A DNA stretch of 64,000 nt. Origin: Chara braunii (lineage: Eukaryota > Plantae > Charophyceae). This document shows positions 12,890 to 25,987 of this stretch, in pieces. A program made the translations under genes and the position numbers. Under the pieces are notes generated by a model. That model was given only the letters and a program-made list of their open reading frames with translations, was not told where the DNA came from and did no database searches. The stretch spans positions 1,098,804 through 1,162,803 of the forward strand of contig BFEA01000037.1 in the NCBI GenBank assembly GCA_003427395.1, given 5' to 3'. How positions within the stretch are numbered: the stretch's first letter is position 1; each line of letters opens with the position of its first letter.

Positions 12890-14875
12890 AAAAAAAGAAA
12901 GGGTAGTTAATAATTGCAGTTGTAGAAGTTACAAGAGTTGGCGCACTAGTGGACAGTGGGTCAACGCGGAGCTATATCAGTAAGAAAGGTTTGCAAAAGT
13001 TGCGGTTAGGACTTAAGGTTCAGAAGTTAGAACAACCCGTTGTAAGTAAGCTAGCAGACAATAGAGAAATGGTAGTAGATAGCTATGTTGAAGGGGTTAG
13101 GGCATACTTCCGGTTGGAGGCAGGGGGAAAGGTGGAACGTGTTTTTTTCTCTCTAACACTCTTAGTGGAGGATAGCCTCCCTTTGACATGATACTAGGAC
13201 CGACTGGGGTGAGGCCGCCAATGCAGACGTAAAACTGGATGAGCATGAGTGTTGCTTGCCTAGCCCTACAGGTGGAAAGAAGAGAATCCGACTTTACCAT
13301 GCATCTGGCGTAGAGAATAGCCTATCCCTTTGCTGCACAAATGCCCCCACATTCGCTCGGCATGTGGTCAAGAATGACCTTGCCGACCAAGTGTTTGTTG
13401 CATATGTGCGCCCGGTAAGTGAAAGTAAGAAAGAGGAAGAACCCATTCCCCCCAATGTGCAGAAGTTGCTTGTTGAGTTCGCTGATGTTGGAGAGGCCCC
13501 AAGTGGAGTGGTTGAGAGAGAAACCAAGCACCAGATAGAGCTAGAACCCGATAGTCGGATTCCAAGGGTCCTATATACAAGATGTCTCCAAAAGAGCTTG
13601 ATGAACTGCGAAAACAATTGGATGAGTTGCTTGAGAAGGGGTGGATTAAACCAAGTTCCTCACCATTTAGTGCACCAGTTCTGTTTGTGCCTGAGAAGGG
13701 CGGTGAAGTGCGTATGTGCATAGACCATAGGGGACTTGCAATAACTGTTAAACACGAATAGATGATCTCCTGGATAGAGTTTAGGGTTACCGTTACTTCT
13801 CCAAGATTGATCTAAAGCCGGGTTACCATCAGATTGAGGTAATGCCCGAGGATCAACACAAAACGGCTTTTCGAACTAGGTATGGCCACTATGAGTTTGT
13901 GGTGATGTCGTTTGGTTTGACTAATGCCCCGACAACCTTCTAGAGATGTATGAATGAGTTGTTTCGTGATTGGCTTGATAAGTTTGTTGTTGTTTATTTA
14001 GCTGATATACTGATTTTTAGTAAGAGTCTGAGAGAGCATGAGGAGCACCTTCGGGTTGTGCTTAATAAATTATGAGAGGCGAAATTTAAAATTAACGCAA
14101 AGAAGTGTGAGTGGGCAAAGTGTCAGGTCCTTTACTTGGGACACATGGTAGATGGTGATGGGATTAAACCGGAAGACGCTAAGATTGCAGCCATTAGAGA
14201 TTGGCCTAAGCCGCGCACGTTGACGGAAGATGGTGATGGGATTAAACCGGAAGACGCTAAGATTGCAGCGATTAGAGATTGGCCTAACCTGCACACGTTG
14301 ACGGAACTGCGCTCGTTTCTTGGTCTGGCCAACTATTACTGCAAGTTCGTTCAAAACTTTACGGTAATCGCTGCCCCATTACGTAGATTGTTAAAGAAAG
14401 AACTATCTGGAAATGGGATCAGAATTGTACTGCGTCCTTCAAGTGTCCAAAGAAATGTTTGATTAATTACCCAGTGCTGAAAGTCGTGGATCCATCTCTA
14501 CCCTTTATTCAAGTTTATTGTAACCATCGACGCCAGTCAATACGGGATTGGTGCTGTACTCCAGCAAGACGATGGGAATGGGGACAAACATGTGGAATTC
14601 GTGTCTTGTAGACTGCCTAGCGAAAAGGTCGTCGCTTCTACTTATGAGAGAGAGTTGTTTGCTCTGAGGGAAGCATTGAATCACTGGCAACATTATCTGC
14701 TAGGACGCCACTTCAAAGTTTATTCGGATCATGAGACACTTCGATGGCTAAAAACCCAGGCCCGGATGACACGTAACTGACTAGGTGGGCTGGGGAGATT
14801 GATCAGTTTGACTTTGAACTGAAGCCAATAAAAGGAAAGTACAATGTTGTCGCTGACGCATTGAGTAGAAAAGTT
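12890..14875 (+). pseudogene. pol: Pol: aspartic protease, RT, RNase H (degenerate)
   Basis: ALVDSGSTRSYIS; [13 protein letters not shown]; VVVYLADILIFS (YLDD decayed); DASQYGIG; YERELFAL; YNVVADALSR. Confidence 0.9.
14151..14306 (+). repeat. 78-bp in-frame tandem duplication in RT
   Basis: 14151-14228 and 14229-14306 both encode DGDGIKPEDAKIAAIRDWP...TLTE. Confidence 0.95.
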
Positions 14876-15988
14876 GACTCCCTCTTCTTCATTGACGCTC
14901 GACGCCTAGCAACCAACTCTTCTTTCTTCTCCTCCTCCTGCTTCTTCTTCTCCTCTTCTTCTTTCTCCTTCTCCTGCTGCCTCCTTTCCTCTTTTCCTTC
15001 CTTCTTCTTCCTGGCATGTCCTGAGCCAGGTCTGCTGCCTGCCCGAGTCACCAGGCGCTGAAGGGGCAGAAAGAAGAGGAGCGGTTGCAGCAACCCGCTC
15101 ATTGGCCGTGCGACCTCCACGGCCAGCAGGAGGGGTTACATGGCCCAATCGTCGGCCGTGGGGACCGACCGCATTACCAGTCAGCAATGGCTGGTATCAC
15201 AGGTACACAGACAACGAGCAGCAGACAACAAAAAAAAAAACTGCTGGTGTCTGACCTGATTTCTTTTTCTTTTCTTTTCTTTGGTCGTTATGCCGTTTGC
15301 AATTTCTCAGTTCCAACTCCAGGTTTCAGATCTACAGATCGTCATCCTAATCAACAACTACAACATACAGTTCCTAATCAAACAGATTCAACCGCCACTT
15401 CCGGGACAGTGCGTTCGCAGACTCTCCAACAGCACGCAATCTGAGCAACGGATTCAACTATGGAATGCAGATTCAAGGTAGGAACAGGACACAAATAATT
15501 CAATTAGTACACAGAGGGATTCACGGAACAGGATCAAGGGACTCAACGGCCGGGCTCAACAACTCGACAGACTCAACAGTCTCAACAACGCAGACTCAAA
15601 GATGCAGACTCAACACACACATCAAGCAAGTATCGGGGCGCGGGCAAGGGTACAGCCTCGCGCTCACTGCTGTTACTCAGGCCACAAACGGCCAATACTC
15701 CATGCCTACTGACCCAGTTTCCAAATCCTGCTGGCCTTCCGATGCTCGCCATGTCAGCAGTAACACATTACAGTCCATGTCAGCCATCCACGTCAGCACC
15801 AACGCCACGATGCCATGTCAGCATCCACTGCCATGTGTACTCCCTTATCTCCACGCTGCTCTGCCAGGTCAGTGCCGGCTAGTAATCACAACTGCCACTT
15901 CAGCAGTCCACATCAGCACCAACACCACGACGCCATGCCAGCATCCACTGCCAGATGTACCTCGTTATCTCCACGCTGCTTTGCCACG

Positions 15989-17026
15989 TGTGAGGATTGA
16001 GCCCTCCAAGGGGCCTTGCCGTGATGTACATGTTTTGGGCTAAGGCCCCCAGCAAGCCTCGTGCCCGCCCTAAGTGAAGGCGGGCCAGCAAATCAACGAG
16101 AGCCCCTTTTGTTCAACATTTCACGAAGTGGGGTCCATACAGTTGCCGCACGCCAGTTGGTTGGAGTGCACCGAGTACCAGATCTCTGCAAATGCAGAAG
16201 GACCAGGGCCCNNNNNNNNNNNNNNNNNNNNNNNNNNNNNNNNNNNNNNNNNNNNNNNNNNNNNNNNNNNNNNNNNNNNNNNNNNNNNNNNNNNNNNNNN
16301 NNNNNNNNNNNNNNNNNNNNNNNNNNNNNNNNNNNNNNNNNNNNNNNNNNNNNNNNNNNNNNNNNNNNNNNNNNNNNNNNNNNNNNNNNNNNNNNNNNNN
16401 NNNNNNNNNNNNNNNNNNNNNNNNNNNNNNNNNNNNNNNNNNNNNNNNNNNNNNNNNNNNNNNNNNNNNNNNNNNNNNNNNNNNNNNNNNNNNNNNNNNN
16501 NNNNNNNNNNNNNNNNNNNNNNNNNNNNNNNNNNNNNNNNNNNNNNNNNNNNNNNNNNNNNNNNNNNNNNNNNNNNNNNNNNNNNNNNNNNNNNNNNNNN
16601 NNNNNNNNNNNNNNNNNNNNNNNNNNNNNNNNNNNNNNNNNNNNNNNNNNNNNNNNNNNNNNNNNNNNNNNNNNNNNNNNNNNNNNNNNNNNNNNNNNNN
16701 NNNNNNNNNNNNNNNNNNNNNNNNNNNNNNNNNNNNNNNNNNNNNNNNNNNNNNNNNNNNNNNNNNNNNNNNNNNNNNNNNNNNNNNNNNNNNNNNNNNN
16801 NNNNNNNNNNNNNNNNNNNNNNNNNNNNNNNNNNNNNNNNNNNNNNNNNNNNNNNNNNNNNNNNNNNNNNNNNNNNNNNNNNNNNNNNNNNNNNNNNNNN
16901 NNNNNNNNNNNNNNNNNNNNNNNNNNNNNNNCCATTGTGCTATCTGCTCTTGCTTTGACTACTTGGACTTCAGCGTGATTTTGCAATTTGGATTTCTATG
17001 CTTCGTCCACATTCATGTTCCTTGCA
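15989..17026 (+). repeat. 5' LTR
   Basis: 3 differences from the 3' LTR over ~318 sequenced bases. Confidence 0.95.
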
Positions 17027-17029
17027 ATT

Positions 17030-17041
17030 TGGTATAGGAGC
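17030..17041 (+). promoter_or_regulatory. Primer-binding site (tRNA-iMet-like)
   Basis: TGGTATAGGAGC 3 nt after the LTR. Confidence 0.85.
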
Positions 17042-18328
17042 TGGTTCGATTCGCCACTTACCTTGGTGCGCTGGTGTTATACAGACTTGGTGCGTTGACG
17101 ATGTTTCTTCGCAGTTGGTTCTTGTGATGCCAGGCCGAAACTAGGCGCACGACCTGGGTAGAGAGGTGTGCGCCGGAAGGCTATACGGCTTGGGATGTCG
17201 TGGTGACGGCATAATGTATGTGTGGTGATGAGAGCACGCTGATGTGGCATTTGGCTGAGGTGGCACTGCATTGCGTTGTGGGTGGTACCGAGGCTACGAC
17301 CGGTCATCAAATGCACACTCAGCTCAATTGGTGAGAAATCTGTGGTTGGGGGCAGCTATCTCCAGGTACGTTGTTCCCTTACCTTATCTACCCTCTCAAT
17401 CTCTTCTTACCGCGAGGAAGCAAGCCCAACTTGAGAGTCCTCTCTTTTGGCGAGGTGTCATGAGCACTCTACCTTGAGAGACGACAATCTTCCTGGTGGC
17501 GCATCTGGAAGGAGAAAGGGCGGTGCCTCTGAAGGGCCCTGGTGGAAGCACGTGGGTCACGGTCACCGTGCCAACCCAATGGGATTAGTACACGCATGCG
17601 ATGGCTGCTTTGTCCATGAGGGCACTTTTGCTGCGCTGATAGAGGGGTGTGCGGACTGAACAGGCTTATGCAGACGCTCCCAGACCGTCTATAAACATTT
17701 CTGGATGGTGATCCGATCTGTCCAATGGCTGTGATCGTCATCCTGATTGCGACGTTAAATAATTCTTGAGCAACCTTGGGGGCAGTCCTTAAATAAGCCT
17801 CTTGATCAGCCAGATCAGTCGGACATACGGCTCGTTGCACGCGAGGATAAAGAATGGGCAAGCCTGGTCATAAGCATGCACCTGGGGCACAGGGGTGGGC
17901 CGACATTGCACACCTATGACACTGCTGCTCAATGATGCTCATCGGTATGTTGGATTGAGGGGAGGGCAGGTTCCAATTGGTGCTCAACTGTAAACACAAC
18001 TATATCCATTGTTCATACATCTGCAACATAATTTAGTTTTATTGTTGATTAGTTGGTTGACAGACTGCTAACACCTCATAAACGGCTTAGTTTAGGACTG
18101 TTGTATACTACCGTAGCCAGTTTTATGCAAAGCTTCTGTAAGTGAACTAATCTTGATATAACTAGATTATGTTTACAGTCTTTGTGAATGTTGTAAGGCT
18201 GCCACTTGATCGGTTAAGTAGGGGACCTGCCGGACACATTTATTTTTAGAAAATTAGGTGTCGGTCAGACACATGCTGTGGTAGGACTCCAACAGGGAGT
18301 TGTAGTGCAGATAGTGTTTGCCTAGCTG

Positions 18329-20182
18329 ATGAGTGGGTCAGACACCGATGAGGGTAGAGTTGACGATGTGAGGCTGACACGTTCGAGATCATTAAGGGTC
18401 CCGCACGTGTTTCAGGCCCTACGGTCGGGGGACGAAAGACGGCTTCGTGCCGAAGTTAGAGCCCGTGCTTACGCAGCAACGAGGGAAACAGCACTAGCTG
18501 CAAGTCAGGCGTTGGCAGCAGCAAACGCCGCAGCTAGGGAACAGGCAGCAGCAATGGCTACCGCGGCAGCATCCTCTGCTGCATCCTCGTCTGGGACCCT
18601 GTTGGGAATGCCTTCTGGGCCCATGGGTACTTCCGGATCTGTAGGTTCTAGTCAGTCCACAAGTCAAATGGCGGGCTCGCAGTTCAGTCCGTTGACCCCA
18701 CGCGGCAGAGAGTTATTAGAGCTCCAACAAGTCGAAAGGATCCACGCTCGGTTAGAGAGGGAACTGAAGCAAGCTACCGATAGAGAGAAGGAGATCAAAA
18801 ATAGAGCAGCCAAGCTTGATACGTTAGAGGCAGGCAAAGCTGCATTAGAGGGCTTAGACGAGTCAGCCATGTCTGACGAAATGAAAGTGTTGAAGGCAAG
18901 CGTACTGTCGCTGCATGCGCACGTGGACAGTAGGCTGGATTTCATGCAGAACTCTTTGGACCAAATCTTGGACCTTTTGCAAAGGCCAGGATTACGACCA
19001 GCAGTACAGTCGCCGTTGCCGTTAACGGCGATGTCGGGCCCCTTTCCGGTACAAGCTGACACACAGCCAAGTGGTACGTCTGCAGCAGCCGCACAGACTG
19101 TTGCTTCTTCTTCTTTTGGTCCAGCGGCTGGAGCTATACCACAGCCGCAACAAATTGTTCCACCTTAGGGACAGCAGCAAAGTCCATGGTACCCAAAGAC
19201 CCCAATGAAACCGCCCCTTGCCTTCTCCGGTGAGAAGAAGGACGAGGAACTCAACACTTGGTTGAGAACAGTTCCAATGTGGGTAAGGGCAAAGAGGACG
19301 TTGCAGGAGGAGGAGGTGATTACTGCTGCATCTTACCTTGAGGGTAAGGCAGCCAAATGGCTGGATGGGATAGTAGTGAAAGCCGGGTTCGGACGACGCA
19401 TGGCAGATTGGGGTAAGACCCTTACTTTAGAAGAGTTCTTAGATATGGTAGAAGCTCGATGGCATAATCCGCAACAGGCACAAATTGCCACTGATGCGAT
19501 GTTGAGACTGGACTAGCGTAGGTACAAGTCTGTCAGAGAGCTAACGTCTACTGTAGAGAACCTCATCGTCGTGCCCGGTATACGCTATGATGACCAGGTC
19601 TTATTGACCATGTTTCTGAGATGTCTGCCTGAGAATCTCAGGACCTTACTGGCCAGCGAGGCTCGCCTCGAGTATCATTCCTTTGAGACCTTCTCTAGAA
19701 AGGCCTTAGATTTGGAGGCTACCCTAGGAAGTGCTCAACCTACTCCAGTAGACGGGAGGAAGAAGAAGAGTCCATAGGAGTGGAAGAAGAAAGGGAGTCG
19801 ATTGATGATGGTTGAGTCTGATGGGACCCAAACCGAGATCGATGAACTTACCGACCTGATGGACGGTTCAGAGTACGACAGCGAGGAAGTTGCTAAGGGT
19901 AGCACCCTCGCCGCAGTAGTAAAGACTAAGGCAGGTGGCCGAGGTAAAGGCCATCAAAAGAGTCAAGGGCAGACTGCCTCCAATCAGTCCAAAGTAGCAG
20001 ATTGGGTTAAGGCAGGTCTTGATCAGGATGTGTGGCGGGACCGCCGAGTGCGTGGTGCTTGCATCAACTGTGGTGAATACGGACACACCCAGTAGAAGTG
20101 CAAGAACACAAAGGTCACGCAGAAGATACCCCCTAAGGGAGGGGTGCCTTCTTCCCAGGCTTCCAGCTCGGGAAACACTTGA
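18329..20182 (+). pseudogene. gag: Gag, single frame with four internal TAG stops
   Basis: ORFs 18329, 19205, 19571 and 19802 are all in one frame; FSGEKKDEELNTW, AASYLEGKAAKW, CINCGEYGHTQ*KC knuckle. Confidence 0.92.
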
Positions 20183-23100
20183 GGCCGGTGGAAGTTTTAG
20201 CTGCTTCTACTCATGGTGAAGTGGGCCAGATACCCTCCCCACTTCATGAGATGGCCATAGCTAATGACTCTTTAGTCACCCCGCAGACTCATCTAGACCA
20301 AACTATGCTCTGTACGTTGGATGTGTCTGAAGCCTTAGAAGATTTAGAAACTGTGTGGTCAAACAAGGACCCTCGCGAATCTTGGGTGGCACTAAGTAGA
20401 GGTCCTAAAGGGGAACATTTTGTTGTGGAAGTTGCTGTAGGAGGCTGCAAATGCGGTGCCTTCGTAGACATCGGCTCCACGCGGAATTACATAAGTCGCG
20501 ACTGTTTGGAAAGGTTGCGCCTAGAGGACGGGGTACAGCACCTTAGTAGACCGGTAACATCTACTTTGGCCAATAAGGAGCGCATGGTGGTCACAGACTA
20601 TGTCAAGGATGTAGTATCTACCTTCTCCTATGGAGGAGGGAACTTAATCATAAGATTTCGTTCCTGGTTAGTGACGACTTACCATTCGATATGTTCTTAG
20701 GAATGTACTAGGTTGCCAAGCCCCAGTTTGACTGGGACAAGAAGGTGCTCAAGCATAAGTTGCCTGATGGAAGGACCGTGAGGTTGGCCAAGTATAAGGC
20801 TAGTAGGTTACTAGAATCCTATGGCTGCTTGTGCGCATCAGCATTCAACAATTACTATAAACAGAACCAAGAGGAGAGTATGTACCTAGTGTATGTCTCT
20901 GAGAAAGGGGATGCCGTTAAAACACCCCCAGAGATAGAACACGTCGTTGCTAAGTTCCCTGATCTGTTCAAGGATCCCACAGGAGTCGTAGAAAGGGAGA
21001 TTGTCCACGCCATAGAAATAATTCCAGGGAGCAAAACCCCAAAGGGAAGGATCTATAGGATGGCTCCGACCAAGTTGGACGAACTCCGACGACAACTGAA
21101 AGAGCTGACAGAAAAGGGTTGGATACGGCCAAGTACTCACCCTTTCGGATCTCCAGTATTGTTTGTACCGAAGAAGGGGGGATCGTTGAGGATGTGCATT
21201 GATTACAGAGGCCTCAATGCCATCACAGTGAAGAACGCAGAGCCTTTACCTCGCATAGACGACCTAGTGGATAGGGTGCAGGGATGTAAGTACTACAGCA
21301 AGATAGACTTAAAGTTCGGCTACCATCAGATTGCCATAAGACCTGAGGATCAGCACAAAACTGCATTTCAGACCAGATACGGTCTGTATGAGTTTGTGGT
21401 GATGCCCTTTGGCCTTTGCAATGCGCCGGGTACATTCCAGCACGCTATGAATAGGATCTTCCATGACTACTTAGATAAGTTTGTCGTCGTGTACCTTGAT
21501 GGTATTCTTATCTTTAGTAAGTCTGTCGAGGAGCATGCACAACACTTAGAAACTGTACTCTCACTCCTGTAACAGCACAAGTATAAGGTCAACCTAGAGA
21601 AATGTGAGTTTGGACGCACTAGGATCTTATACTTGGGTCATGAGGTATCCGCGGAAGGGATTAGGCCGGAAGATGCGAAGGTGGCTAGTATTAGGGACTG
21701 GCCACGACCTCAGACCGTTACTGAGGTCAGATCTTTCTTAGGGATGTGTGGCTACTATAGGAACTTTGTGAAGAACTATTCCACAGTCGCCTCTCGTTTG
21801 ACTGATCTAACTCGACTTGACACGCCATGGGACTGGAGTGATGAGTGCGAGGCTGCTTTCAAACGATTGAAGCATGCACTCATGAATCATGAGGTTCTCA
21901 TGGTGCCCGATCCTCATAAGTCTTTCATTGTGACCACTGACCCAAGCCAATACGGCATTGGCGCAGTGCTGGCTCAGCAGGATGGGAAGAAGTTGAGACC
22001 GATTGAGTATATGAGCAAAAAGATGCCATCAAAGAAACTGACAAAGTCCACCTATGAAAGGGAACTCTATGCTCTCTACAAGGCACTTGTCCATTGGAGA
22101 CACTTTCTGTTAGGACGGTTTTTCTATTTGAGAACTGACCATCATACCCTTAAATGGATCAAGACTCAACCGACTCTTTCTGATGCACTCAAGCGCTGGA
22201 TTGAGGTCATAGATCAGTATGACTTCAAGCTAGAGTATCTGAAGGGAGAGTACAACAAGGTTGCAGATGCGCTATCACGTAGGGGAGACTACCTAGGGGG
22301 GCTAGTTTCTGAGTTTGGTGTATCTGAGGAAGTAACTCAATCGTTGGTGGGAGCCTATCAGGAAGACCCTGTCACGATGGACATCATACGCAAACTTCAG
22401 GCGAAAGATAAGGCCACAAAAGATGAGTTTGTGATGGTGGACGGGCTACTCTTTCTTGATAAGGCCGGGTTTAAAAGATTAGTTATTCCATCTAGTGAGC
22501 ATTTGCGCAGTTTATTTCTAGGAGAATGTCATGACGCAACTGGACACTTTGGCTACAAAAAGACCAGTGCCAATCTAGTACAACGATTTTGGTGGCCCGG
22601 AATGCTAGATGATGCAAATAAGTATGTGGAGACCTGTCAGGTCTGTCAACGGGACAAGCCGCGAACTCAAGCACCGCTTGGGTTGTTGAAGCCCTTACCT
22701 ATCCCCGCTGGTCCGGGACAGAGTGTTTCCATGAATTTCATGGACACACTGGTGACCAGTAGGAATGGCAAGAGACACATCTTTGTCATCATAGACCGAT
22801 TCACCAAGTACGCTAGACTAATTGCCATGCCAGAGACCACAAGGACTGAACACGTCATCAAGTTGTTTATGGACAACTGGGTGCATGATTTTGGACTGCC
22901 AAAATCAATCGTTAGTGACAGAGATGTCCGCTTCACAAGTGAGCTGTGGAAGAAGACTGCTGAGCACTTGGGCAGTCAACTTCAGATGACCTCCGGGAAT
23001 CATCCCGAAGCCAACGGACAGGCCGAGCAGATGAACAGAGTTGTACAACACCTGCTGAGGCATTACATCAAGCCCAGCCAGGATGACTGGGATGAGAAGT

Positions 23101-23837
23101 TGCCTCTCATCGCCAGCCTGTACAACAACTTTGTACACAGCAGTACCGGCGCCAGTCCTAATCAGCTGCACTTGGGATGGAAGCCTAGATCAGCTCTGGA
23201 CTTCCTCCTGCCTGAAACCGACCTGTTGCAACCCCTGGTTCAATAGAATATGGGGTGCAGTATGAGAAACTGCTGCAGCAAGCTGTCGAGCACATTAAGA
23301 AGTCTCAGGAAGCAATGATTGCCTCTGAGAACAAACACCGTCGACAGTCCACATTTCAGGTCGGGGAACGTGTCTGGGTGAAGGCTAGTGAGCTAGGACG
23401 GGAATTCAGCATTTCTAGAAAACTAATGCCACAGTACTTCGATCCTTGGGAAGTTTTAGACATAGTTACGGATGATTTGGATGGCCCTTCCTATGTTATC
23501 CGTATCCCTGGTCACCTGCGCACTTACCCAGTGTTTCACGCCTGAAAGCTTGCACCTTTCGCTGAGACAGATCAATTTCCTTCAGATCAATGCTGCCCCC
23601 AACCATGGTGGCCACGTGGACATTGACGGCATTCTGGAACACAGAGACATGCCTGTTCCAAGACCTCTGGGCCGAGGAAGACCTCCTAAACCCAGAATAG
23701 AATACAGAGTTAGATTCAGGCATCACACAGATCCGAAAGAAGATCGGTGGTTCACCAGAGAGGAACTGGTTGAAACAGCTCCTCAGATGGTCGCTGAATA
23801 TGAAAGACAGCTAAAGGGGAAGGCACCTGCGAAGTAA
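20179..23837 (+). pseudogene. pol: Pol: protease, RT, RNase H, integrase, chromodomain (few stops/frameshifts)
   Basis: FVDIGSTRNYIS; MPFGLCNAP; VYLDGIL; YERELYAL; HHCC (CHDATGH...CQVC); IDRFTK, SDRDVRF, GQAEQMN; GILEHR...YRVRFR...EDRWFTREEL chromodomain. Confidence 0.95.
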
Positions 23838-23861
23838 GCATCTCAGCGGACTTTCGAAGCT

Positions 23862-23874
23862 AAGGGGGATGGAA
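23862..23874 (+). promoter_or_regulatory. Polypurine tract
   Basis: AAGGGGGATGGAA immediately before the 3' LTR. Confidence 0.9.
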
Positions 23875-24867
23875 TGTGAGGATTGAGCCCTCCAAGGGGC
23901 CTTGCCGTGATGTACATGTTCTGGGCTAAGGCCCCCAGCAAGCCTCGTGCCCGCCCTAAGTGAAGGCGGGCCAGCATATCAACGAGAGCCCCTTTTGTTC
24001 AGCATTTCACGAAGTGGGGTCCATACAGTTGCCGCACGCCAGTTGGTTGGAGTGCACCGAGTACCAGATCTCTGCAAATGCAGAAGGACCAGGGCCCNNN
24101 NNNNNNNNNNNNNNNNNNNNNNNNNNNNNNNNNNNNNNNNNNNNNNNNNNNNNNNNNNNNNNNNNNNNNNNNNNNNNNNNNNNNNNNNNNNNNNNNNNNN
24201 NNNNNNNNNNNNNNNNNNNNNNNNNNNNNNNNNNNNNNNNNNNNNNNNNNNNNNNNNNNNNNNNNNNNNNNNNNNNNNNNNNNNNNNNNNNNNNNNNNNN
24301 NNNNNNNNNNNNNNNNNNNNNNNNNNNNNNNNNNNNNNNNNNNNNNNNNNNNNNNNNNNNNNNNNNNNNNNNNNNNNNNNNNNNNNNNNNNNNNNNNNNN
24401 NNNNNNNNNNNNNNNNNNNNNNNNNNNNNNNNNNNNNNNNNNNNNNNNNNNNNNNNNNNNNNNNNNNNNNNNNNNNNNNNNNNNNNNNNNNNNNNNNNNN
24501 NNNNNNNNNNNNNNNNNNNNNNNNNNNNNNNNNNNNNNNNNNNNNNNNNNNNNNNNNNNNNNNNNNNNNNNNNNNNNNNNNNNNNNNNNNNNNNNNNNNN
24601 NNNNNNNNNNNNNNNNNNNNNNNNNNNNNNNNNNNNNNNNNNNNNNNNNNNNNNNNNNNNNNNNNNNNNNNNNNNNNNNNNNNNNNNNNNNNNNNNNNNN
24701 NNNNNNNNNNNNNNNNNNNNNNNNNNNNNNNNNNNNNNNNNNNNNNNNNNNNNNNNNNNNNNNNNNNNNNNNCCATTGTGCTATCTGCTCTTGCTTTGAC
24801 TACTTGGACTTCAGCGTGATTTTGCAATTTGGATTTCTATGCTTCGTCCACATTCATGTTCCTTGCA
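23875..24867 (+). repeat. 3' LTR
   Basis: Direct repeat of 15989-17026. Confidence 0.95.
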
Positions 24868-24997
24868 CACATCAACATTCCGCCAGTAATCACAACTGCG
24901 ACGTCGGCAGTCACGTTAGCGCCCTCCTCCAATGGGTCGGCTCTTCTTGCCACCAAACCCTGTTTCCGCTGCTGATCGACTCTTTTTTTTTTCCAGT

Positions 24998-25149
24998 AAA
25001 TTTCATTGACATCAACCCTCACTTCGAAATTTCATTGACCTCAACACCCCCACTTCAAAATTTTGTTGATGTCAACCATCACTTCAAAATTTTGTTGACA
25101 TCAACCCCCACTTCGAAATTTTGATGACATCAACCGCATCTCAACTTCG
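24998..25149. repeat. ~29-bp tandem repeat, 5 copies, in the retrotransposon 5' UTR
   Basis: Units like aaatttcattgacatcaaccctcacttcg and aaattttgttgacatcaacccccacttcg. Confidence 0.9.
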
Positions 25150-25179
25150 GCGACAGGATAACCGCTCCGATACCTGTTT

Positions 25180-25987
25180 TGCATCATCCATTCCATGTGA
25201 GCATGCAGATATGGTGGTCACACCAAACACATGAAAATCAATTTGTCCTCTCTCTTCAAGAATGGCCGCACAGTTCAACGCAATTTCAGAGTCACAGTCA
25301 TCAGATACCGCATGCACACAGCACGAAGTTATAGATGGTGCAGCTATGGTGGTCAGCCCCAAAAATATGCTCACAGACTTGCAAATTCAATAGAACAGGC
25401 CTGTTTCCTTCTCTGTTCCACACAGGATCTCTCCCTGAACATCAAATTGAGGCTCCCACTCGATGGGGCACTCACCACCAAGCAAAAGCTCTCTCCTACA
25501 AAAGCTTGACACAGCAGCGCGATCCCACTCCAAAAGGAACAGAAAACAACAGCTACCAGATTGCAACTCGATTTCCCTTCTACTCCAGCTATGGCAGTCT
25601 TCTTCACCACACAGCGGACTGCTTGATTTCGGGAACCAGCACCACCCAGAATGAACCCTCCAAAAACGAGTTCTGCATGGAAGCCTCTGGATACTTGCTG
25701 GGCACGTTTACTGCGCAAACGGTACTAAGCATTGACTTCCTTGGAAAAACTTTCGGAAACTGCACACTTGCTGCACCACACATGAGAGTGGGTCTCAGGT
25801 TCAAGGGTCCACAAGCACAGTGAACGCTTACAACAGGGTATAGCAACAGGTAAGGGCACAGGTAAGTCAACACCAGGTCCCGGGTTCAAACTCCAACAGC
25901 ATCACACATGCATACAACATAGCAGAAAAGGCAACAACAACATGTCCCGGGATTGAATCACAGGATTAGGAAGGTGAAATCCTTTCA
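25180..25987 (-). repeat. 5' LTR of the minus-strand Gypsy fragment
   Basis: TG...CA ends, start resembles family A LTRs; PBS-like motif at 25175-25164. Confidence 0.75.

Larger units (their letters stand above)
6181..14875 (+). mobile_element. Ty3/Gypsy LTR retrotransposon, family A copy 1 (5' LTR, PBS, gag, PR-RT-RH), truncated after RNase H
   Basis: LTR TGAAAGG...TTGCA, PBS, 5' UTR homologous to 27800-27990, gag-pol pseudogenes. Confidence 0.85.
15989..24867 (+). mobile_element. Structurally complete chromoviral Ty3/Gypsy retrotransposon (coding region disabled)
   Basis: Two LTRs TGTGAG...TTGCA, PBS, PPT, gag-PR-RT-RH-INT-chromodomain order, flanks CACG/CACA. Confidence 0.97.
14876..25987 (-). 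mobile_element. Minus-strand Gypsy 5' fragment (LTR 25987-25180, PBS, UTR, gag start), split by the nested chromovirus at 15989-24867
   Basis: Minus strand reads TGAAAGGATTTCAC... to ...GATGCA, then AGGTATCGGAGC; UTR repeats continue on both sides of the nested element; Gag-like start ...FFLPLQRLVTRAG...KE-rich at 15120-14876. Confidence 0.75.
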
